Part shown: positions 55,124-64,000 of the stretch, piece by piece | Layout: every line of letters begins with the position of its first letter | Position numbering within the stretch: position 1 is the stretch's first letter | Source of the DNA: Octopus sinensis | Lineage: Eukaryota | Assembly: GCF_006345805.1 (NCBI RefSeq) | Contig: NC_043015.1 | Coordinates: 21,142,001-21,206,000 of the forward strand | DNA: 64,000 bases | Direction: 5' to 3' | Notes under the pieces: generated by a model | The model's input: the letters and a program-made list of their open reading frames with translations, nothing else | Told to the model about the DNA's origin: nothing | The model's database searches: none | Made by a program: the position numbers and the translations under genes

Positions 55124-55578
55124 AAGGGGGATGATGGAGAGACAAGCAGATTGATAGATTTAAGATGCAATATACTACCTGTACATTTCGCTATAACAAA
55201 CTAAATTGAAAAGTAACAGCCAGAAATTTTAATAAACACTGACAGTCGTAAAGATCTTCTAGTCTAAGAGTTGTCATTAATTCTGGCCTTATGGAAAGAT
55301 ATTGTTCTATTGTTCACTGATATAGGAAATACCAATAGCCTGCTGGCAAATTTTGGGACGAACTGACCTTTACAGGTCATTGAAAATTTCTGCTTCCAGG
55401 AAAGATTTACAATGAGTGGCGAATGTGTAAGACTGTTGCAATATTTGAGATTTGGTCAGGAGAAAGAGAGAAGGGAAAAGGGAAGTGGAAGTAATTGAGA
55501 AATGAGATAGAGTAATAGAGAAAGAAGGAGAAAGAGAGATAGAGAGAGAGAGAAAGTTTATGGGAGTGACGAACTGAC

Positions 55579-55609
<31 letters not shown>

Positions 55610-55956
55610 AAGATTAGCAGAGAGTTTAAGACAGTATAATAAATATGAAATGCCATTAAGAGAGTGAGAATAAAATATAGATGCGCGCTCGGACAGACAG
55701 ACAGACAGATACACACACACACACACAGAAGCACACACAGAGACACACTCACACACACACATACACTCAGAGTGAGTGAGAGAGACAGTGTTAGAGAGAG
55801 TGTGTGAGGGAGAGCACGAGAGAAAGCTACAGATGTCTATAGATATATACATAAACACACACACACATACACACACATACATACATATACACATACATGC
55901 ACACACATACATAGATATCAATGTTACACACATGTATTATATATACATATGCATAC

Positions 55957-55996
<40 letters not shown>

Positions 55997-56598
55997 ATGC
56001 ATGTATGTGCGAACACGCCAGAGAGATTTATATGAGATTGTGATTATGTGAACAAACATATTGGATATAAAGAATATCGCCGTACAAAACATAAGTTTTC
56101 TGAGAAAGCCGAGATGGCAGCAAGGTTTCAATTTCCGGCTGATGATGCTTTATAACATTCCAGTTTATATACTGTAGACTATTTTAAAACACTGTATTTT
56201 TCAGATTTCTTCCGTTATCCTATGGCATATTTGTAGCCTGTGAAAAACTCTACACGTATAGAGTACATTATTCTCATGTAGGGTTTCCTTGCATGTTGAT
56301 CATGACGGCCTGATATATAAATTTACGTAAGATTAATATTTCCGCTAGAAGCATGTATCTATGTACATGCAAATCATATAATACCTGCGTGCATTTCTTA
56401 GATACTTTGGTTTATTTTTCACCGTTTCTCACGTGCTATTTTGCGTTTAATTAATTCAATGTTTTATAATGCATATGTATCATTTATACAGATATTTATA
56501 TGTGTTTGTTTTATCTCTCTCTTTCTCGCTCTCGCTCTCTATATATTTATACACACATATATGTGCGTGCGTCTGTGTGTATATTTATATATACATAC

Positions 56599-56697
<99 letters not shown>

Positions 56698-57499
56698 ATA
56701 TATATATATATATTAACATTTATTAATATCTATCTTCACACAGCCTGGGCGGAAAATCTATAGATATATTCAATAGTGCATCGTAGCATCACGTCAAATA
56801 AAAATAAATTGGAGAGCGCTTCTGAGTAAGAATGTGAGCAAAAGACGCCGAGGAAATTTCAAATTAAATTGGCTTATATAATGTAAACTTAATTCATATT
56901 AGCTTCAGTTTTATTAACTGTGGCCTTGAGAGAGAAAATAGCTTACTCATAATCTCCATAAATACTAACACACTACAGGAAGACACATTTAATTCAGGAA
57001 AGAGCTGAATCTATTTACCGAATTCGGCAACAACTTTCTAAATAAACGTTTTAAAATAGTTAAAATTTAAATCTTAGCATTAATTGTAATAACAAAATAC
57101 CGCAATAGTAACGTATCTATTCATTCCCAATATGTTCTTGCAGATTTGAGCGTGGATACCGGACCACTATTGTTTGTCATCGTTGGAGACTATCTCCCCT
57201 ATGTAGAAGATGCGTGTTCATAATACACCCATCTCTGGGGGTTAGGAGGACTCTGAGATATCGCGGTGTTTCGACCTTATTTTGTGTCTCCTCGGTGCAA
57301 GCTAAATCCAACGCATGAGTTTAATTTAGTACAGGCTCTTGTTTAGAGAAATCAGCAAACAAATTGTTTGCTGATTCATGCTGATATCAGCTATACAGGT
57401 AAAGCATGAATAAGAGCGAGAATCCAAGTGGTAATGTACTTATTGCTCTCAACCTGTTCTGGCACATTCGAACGTAAATATCTGGTCGCTGTTTTTTTC

Positions 57500-57661
57500 C
57501 CGCTCATCTTCGTGCACCTCAGGAATAGTTACCTGATTAGCACCACCAACCAAACAATTTTATAGAGAAATGCACTTAATAAAGTTTTCTTTAGAGTAAA
57601 ATATATCGTGAGACACATGCTCATTAAACCAGCGAATACACCGTATCTATCCTCTGATCAT
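57500..57661 (+). repeat. 162-bp direct repeat, copy 2 (probable donor)
   Basis: Embedded in non-repetitive sequence. Confidence 0.95.
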
Positions 57662-58102
57662 ATGTTCACTGCATACGTTGAAATGTGTTCATAATTTCTG
57701 ATGCACTCCTGACTCTGTTTCTGAGAATGGATAGGGTATGTCGCATTCTTAAATGCGTCGAAGTATCATCAAAGTAAAGGCAAAGAAAGAAGGAATTTAC
57801 AGTTTTGTTTCATTTCTTCACACAGCTCTCAGTGAGATTGGTATATAACAATAGGAGTAAAATTAGTGTTACAATTTGTAAACAATTTTATGAGCAGACT
57901 TGATATTCTCAAAGATAAGTTTGAGAGCGTGAATAGCCGTTATATCTGAAAATAATCAGAATGTATATCGACTCCTGCGATGGTGAGAGGTATTCAAATT
58001 CATTTGCTTCTGGTTTTGTTACGATGTTGTCTAACTTTTCATAACGGTAAGTCAAAATTTCAATTTCTTAATTATTCGTGATATGGTACACAAACACACA
58101 CA

Positions 58103-58155
<53 letters not shown>

Positions 58156-58977
58156 AACACACACACACACACATACACACACACACACACACACGCACAT
58201 ACATATGTATGTGTGTATGTTTAAGCATGTACATGTAATATATATGTTGTACAACAAAATCTCTTGATCTATTAAACTTTTCTCCGCCTCTAGAGGATGT
58301 ATTATAATTACCGAATGGCAATTAAAATCAGCGCTACTTGAGGAAGGGCGATAATTTTAGGAATCACCAAAACTTACTAATCGTGATAAAAATATAGTTT
58401 CTAATAACGGCTCGATTTAATCATTGGGGAAAAGGACAGTCTTTTGGCCTGGAGATATGAGTGTTTCCGGCTCAGTTGCTTTCAACAATACATCGGTTGC
58501 CCGTCCTTATCTCCAGGAGTCAAAACTATGTAGTAAAGAACTATAACCCAGGTAATCTGCATAATTTACATATAACTGAGAGTTGCCAGTGGCATATATT
58601 TGTATAACTTGTTAGTTGACATTGCGGTATATCTCTATGTTATTCAAATACATGTCTCTCGTCCCTTCGAGCTATATTTCTTCGCAAATTCATATACATA
58701 TCTATCTGTTTATCTATCTATATATCTCTCTGTCTGTCTGTTTGTCTGTCATTCGATAGATATATACAGGAATTAGATTAGAAATGGTTTTCGGATATTT
58801 GCGTAAATATCCGTGTTTATTAAATAGTAATAAAGTAATTTTCCGTCAGCTTTTGGTCTTCTCTTTCATAAACTCATGAAGATTTTCAGCAATACAATTT
58901 CCTGTGGACATTTGTTGTGTCTAAAAAGCTGCATTAAACTGATTTTATGTCCTTTGTTTTCTTAGTTCTGCGTATAG

Positions 58978-59127
58978 GCACATGGCTGCGTGGTTTAAAG
59001 AGGTCGTTTTGCAATCTTGTACTTTCGACTTCATTTCTACTGTGTGACACTGTGGCCAAGCGTCTTGTACTACAACCTAGGGCCAAGGAATTTTGTAGCT
59101 GAAAACTATGGGGAAGCCGTCGTCCAA

Positions 59128-59198
<71 letters not shown>

Positions 59199-59244
59199 AT
59201 CTATCAATTCATCTGTGTGTGCGTGTGTGTGTGAGTGCGTGTGT

Positions 59245-59277
<33 letters not shown>

Positions 59278-59470
59278 TATTTCTGTTTTTCTACATCTCT
59301 ACTGCGTTGGCAATCCGTTATGATTTGTTTGCATTCCTGTAACTTAGCAGTTCAGCACAGCAGACGACAGAATATGTACAAGGCTTAAATATATAAATAC
59401 TGCGGTTGATCTGTTCGGTTAAGACTCTTCAAATCGGTGCTCTTGTGAAGATGCAACCCAATGACTGAAT
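58978..59470 (+). mobile_element. SINE family C, diverged, with expanded internal microsatellite
   Basis: Head 58978-59122, (CTAT)n(GT)n, tail 59300-59470. Confidence 0.65.
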
Positions 59471-59859
59471 CATATAAAATGTTTAAAAGGAAAAAAAAAA
59501 GAAACAGAAAGTAAGAAAAAAGAAAAACGAAGAGAGAATTGAAAAGTTCTCCTCTTACCTCTTCACAGAAACAGATATTGCGAATAGATATTAAATAAAA
59601 TCTACGTTTGCACTTAATATAAGATGAGAAGAGAAAGTTTGAGAGCAGATTCAATGTCAGAGCACAAATAATAGGAATTTAGATTCTGTTGATTCATTTG
59701 AGTCTATGGAGAATATTTCTAAGTCGAATTCTTCTAGGCATTGTTTTTGAAATTTATTGTAAAATTCTAAAACTCTATTCAATTACTTATAATTTAATAA
59801 TCACAAAGGTAAATCTAAATTTAATTTCAAAAGTATCTTCGGCAAGGTATTTGATCATT

Positions 59860-59936
<77 letters not shown>

Positions 59937-59961
59937 ACACACACACATACACACATATATA

Positions 59962-60012
<51 letters not shown>

Positions 60013-60119
60013 CATACTCGCACGCGCACACATGGACACGCACAGATATAAACATATACACACATTCATACATGCACACACATATATACATGCACACACA
60101 TATATACATACATACATAC

Positions 60120-60206
<87 letters not shown>

Positions 60207-60590
60207 GTGGAGGCGCAATGGCCCAGTGGTTAGGGCAGCGGACTCGCGGTCGTAGGATCGCGGTTTCGAATCCCAGACCGGGCGTTGTGAGTGTTTATTG
60301 AGCGAAAACACCTAAAAGCTTCACGAGGCTCCAGCAGTGGATGGTGGTGATCCCTGCTGTACTCTTTCACCACAACTTTCTATCACTCTTACTTCCTGTT
60401 TCTGTTGTACCTGTATTTCAAGGGGCCGGCCTTGTCACTCTCTGTTTCACGCTGAATATTCCCGAGAACTACGTTAAGGGTGCATGTGTCTGTGGAGTGC
60501 TCAGCCACTTACACGTTAATTTCACGAGCAGGCTGTTCCGTTGATTCGGATCAACCGGAACCCTCATCGTCGTAACCGACGGAGTGCTTC
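60207..60590 (+). mobile_element. SINE family A, full length
   Basis: TGGCCCAGTGG A box, GACTCGCG (TCG Arg-like anticodon), GGTTTCGAATCCC B box; ATATATATAGTT on both flanks. Confidence 0.92.
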
Positions 60591-61134
60591 CATGCATATA
60601 TATAGTTATCTATCGGTGTATGTATGTATGTATGCATCGATATATTGTTTTTATTTATTCACATACGTTCATACATACTATATAAATGCACCTCTAAAAA
60701 CAAATAGAGACACGCACACATACATATACATGCACGCTTTTCTACATATGTACGTATATTTGTACTGGGTTCAAAACTTTACTCATTTCATATATATTAA
60801 ATTTTGCAGTCAAATAAACAGGCAAATAAAAAACAAACACATTTCGAATGAACATGGGCACATAGTCATCAGATACTGTAGCATGGGGTTAAGTGAATGG
60901 TCCGAAGATGGAAGAATGAGGAAAAATTGGGGGAAGAAAAAAATAAATAAACCTTACAATTTTATATTGTAAAATCTGCAAAAAGTATTTCCAGTTGCTG
61001 AAGAAATTTCAAGAAATTGTACACGAATGGTGCTGATATAATGTATTCAGTTATGATCCGGCAATGAAACGTAATAGAGTGTTCTGATACATTTATGTTA
61101 CTATTACTATAGGTGCTGTATATATAAATATAGA

Positions 61135-61460
61135 GACCCCCCATCGGTCATGCCTAATCGTAGGATTGCACCTAGAAAGTTACCCTCCGAGGTACATGTC
61201 CGGGCAAAGTTGTTAAGGGAAGACCAGCTGTCGGACATGCATACCGGCCTCCTCTCTCCACGCCACCAGTGTTATCCAAGGGAAAGGCAAAGGCCGATAC
61301 AGCTGGACACCTGTGACGTCGCAACTCATTTCTACAGCTGAGTGAACTGGAGCAACGTGAAATAAAGTGTCTTGCTCAAGAACACAACACGCAGTCCGGT
61401 CAGTGATTCGAACTCACAACCTCACGATCGAAGCTCTAACCACCGAGCCATGCGCATTCA
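61135..61460 (-). mobile_element. tRNA-derived SINE, family D
   Basis: Minus strand TGGCTCGGTGG A box, GAGTTCGAATC B box, TGTGTTCTTGAGCAAGACACTT central domain. Confidence 0.8.
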
Positions 61461-61505
61461 CATATATAGATATATGTATATATGTATGTGTATATATATA
61501 TATAT

Positions 61506-61537
<32 letters not shown>

Positions 61538-61549
61538 ATATATATATGA

Positions 61550-62410
61550 TAATAATATTAGGGAGTAAATCCAAACTTACGGGAAAAATTAGATTTAGGA
61601 TTAAATCAAATTCACAGTATAAATATAAATATAAATTATATTAGAGATAAAACCACTATTAGGCAAATCAAACAACGAAAACATAAACGAAAACATAAAA
61701 ATAAATATAATTAATATAATATACAAAATATATAAAATATAATTTTTAATTTATATTTATAAATTTTTATTTTTTATTTATTTTAAAAATATTTTTAAAA
61801 TTTAAATTAAAAAATTTTTAAACTTTTAATTTTTTAATATTTATATTTATTTATTTATTTATTATTTTTAAAAATAACTCTCAAACAGTTATTAAAGAGT
61901 TTAATATAATATAGTAAGTAAAACCACTACGTACGTGTCATGGCCATAACCCAATTCGAATTACAATAATTTAAATTCAATTAAAAATTCTAATTATAAT
62001 CATAGTCAATCTTCAGGTTAAGATAATAGTTAAATAAATAAGCAAATATATTTAAACAATATTTTTCAAGAAATAAAATAATAAATAAAATAATATAATA
62101 ATATAATAATATAATAATATGATAATATAATAATAAAATAAATATAATAATAAAATTAAAAATAATAATAAATAAATAAATAAATATAAATATTAAAAAA
62201 TTAAAAGTTTAAACATTTATAAATTTAAAATTTAAAAAATAACAAAAATTTATAAATATGAATTAAAAATTTTAAATTTAAATAATTTAATTTTAAATTT
62301 TATATTTTATATATTTTGTATATTATATAAATTATATTTATTTTTATGTTTTGGTTTATGTTTTTCACTGTTTGATTTGCCTAATAGTGGTTTTATCACT
62401 AATATAATTT
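61550..62410. mobile_element. AT-rich fold-back element (long relative of 10255-10565)
   Basis: Arms ~61635-61865 and ~62165-62408; spacer holds a degenerate HHR-like motif; (TA)n flanks. Confidence 0.75.
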
Positions 62411-62431
62411 TTATATATATGTATATGTATG

Positions 62432-62464
<33 letters not shown>

Positions 62465-62475
62465 GTATATTTAAG

Positions 62476-62510
<35 letters not shown>

Positions 62511-62832
62511 GTATGTACGTATATATGTATGTATATATGTATAAATATAATCGGCTGTACCGTTCGTCTTTGTTCGGCTTCAGCAAATTATATTTCTGAT
62601 ATACTCTACTGACGATTCGAAAATACTTATGTAAGTAAAACTACATAATCTATTAACGATGAAACAATTGTATAGAGTTAACCTATTTTTTCGTTATTTT
62701 TCATTTGTCCTGCTCGCTTACATTCTTGGCGTTTTGAATTAATTCTTGAGAACAATTCTTTAGTGGCGGATTCCCTTTGCGGATCTATATCTAGCGTTAG
62801 AGTGACCACATGGTGGACTCTCTCTTATTATT

Positions 62833-62919
<87 letters not shown>

Positions 62920-63317
62920 TTTATTTAAAGCAGCAGAAAATTCTACAAAACCTGTTACTCTGAGTTTCACAGTAGGGTAAAACCCTGAAAGCCTCAAGTG
63001 TTTGTAGAATACGGTCGGTGTGTAAGTACCAAATCTAATTTCAACCTTACGTCCAACTTAGTGTTGGTTTAGATGTGGCGCAGGTATAAAAATCAGATCA
63101 GTGATGGGATTTAAATTTTTGCGACTACTATTGGGGTAGAATTTTATTGATGTATTCATGTATTACATCATAACAAATAATTCACCATACATAATCTATC
63201 AATTACAAACACACATACACAAACACATACACAGTCTCTCACACACACACACACACACGTATGCGAACTATTTATAGAAAGAAAGGGGGATAGACAAAGG
63301 GAGAGGGCAAAGCAAGG

Positions 63318-63454
63318 ATGGCTGTGTTGTAAGAAGCTTGCTTTCCAACCATATAGTTCCGGGTGACAATTTTGGCAAGTGTCTTCTACTATAACCCTGG
63401 GGCCGAACAAAATCTTATGAGTAGATTTGGTGGGCGGAAACTGAAAGAAGACCG

Positions 63455-63457
<3 letters not shown>
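63318..63457 (+). mobile_element. SINE family C, 5' part
   Basis: TGGCTGTGTTGTAAGAAGCTTGC..GGCAAGTGTCTTCTACTATA..GGAAACTGAAAGAAG. Confidence 0.8.
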
Positions 63458-63496
<39 letters not shown>

Positions 63497-63519
63497 GTGT
63501 GTGTGTGTGAATGGAGCGG

Positions 63520-64000
63520 TGACATTCTGGAAACACCAAGAGACTGCTATAGTAGTCTATTAAAGACTACTATAAAAAAGCACCAATATTAGGAGCAAGG
63601 GAGAGTTCTTGGTGCAAAGGATCCGTGACTCAATAGAGGAGGATCGCTTGGTGAAGACAGTAGATCTTGTACATTTACGATAATGGATACAGTCGGACAA
63701 GGCACTCAAACATCCACTGTCCTAAAAGGAAGTCTTGGATACTGACCCTGGAAAATTGTTCTTCTCCTTCGTACTTTGCTGACCTCTTGCGAAACTCAAC
63801 CTTAAGAAATAGTGTAAAGAAGGCCGCTCCTGAAAGAAATGTGGAGTAATTCTTTCCACTCTGGATCACATTTTGACCGGATGCCGTTGGACACAGAGAG
63901 AATCCCGATACATATGGAGACATGGCAAGATCCTTGCATAAATCGCTAAATGGACTGAGATGCAAATAGTGAAGGTGCAATCAGTGAAACTCCATTCACA
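63520..64000 (+). mobile_element. Decayed HERO/NeSL-like RLE retrotransposon fragment running off the window
   Basis: KKCG..TLDHILTGC..RYIWRHGKIL..IAKW matches the CCHC/RH region preceding the RLE. Confidence 0.7.

Noticed and set aside
53476-57661. LTR retrotransposon bounded by 162-bp LTRs
   Set aside because: No TG..CA ends, PBS, PPT or gag-pol, and the interior is unrelated fragments
60207-60282. tRNA-Arg gene
   Set aside because: The tRNA-like head continues into a multicopy SINE body and lacks a proper acceptor stem

Overview
This is not prokaryotic DNA. It is AT-rich animal intronic/intergenic sequence saturated with (TA)n, (CA)n, (ACAT)n, (CTAT)n, (ATT)n and (GA)n microsatellites. 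The SINE and LINE complement resembles a coleoid cephalopod (octopus-like), which is an inference. No intact host gene is recognisable, and nearly all listed ORFs are microsatellite translations. Supported content: several tRNA-derived SINE families, decayed non-LTR retrotransposons (a CR1/L2-group APE+RT element, RTE fragments, R4/Dong-like and HERO-like RLE fragments), a non-autonomous Helitron, and an internally deleted Penelope-like element (PLE) with a GIY-YIG remnant. The most interesting signal is a set of fold-back (inverted-repeat) elements nested in microsatellites whose arms contain minimal type I hammerhead ribozyme (HHR) motifs. Three clear sequence families occur, including a U3-A8 core variant and one copy with an intact core at 16075-16133, plus two weaker long-helix-II candidates. 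One ~370-bp ORF-less HHR palindrome is bounded by a target-site duplication, which implies it moved as a unit. Additional features are unique-sequence fold-backs centred on (TA)n, a 162-bp local templated insertion, and an RLE element that appears to target (ACAT)n. All motif folding was done by eye and coordinates of decayed elements are approximate.
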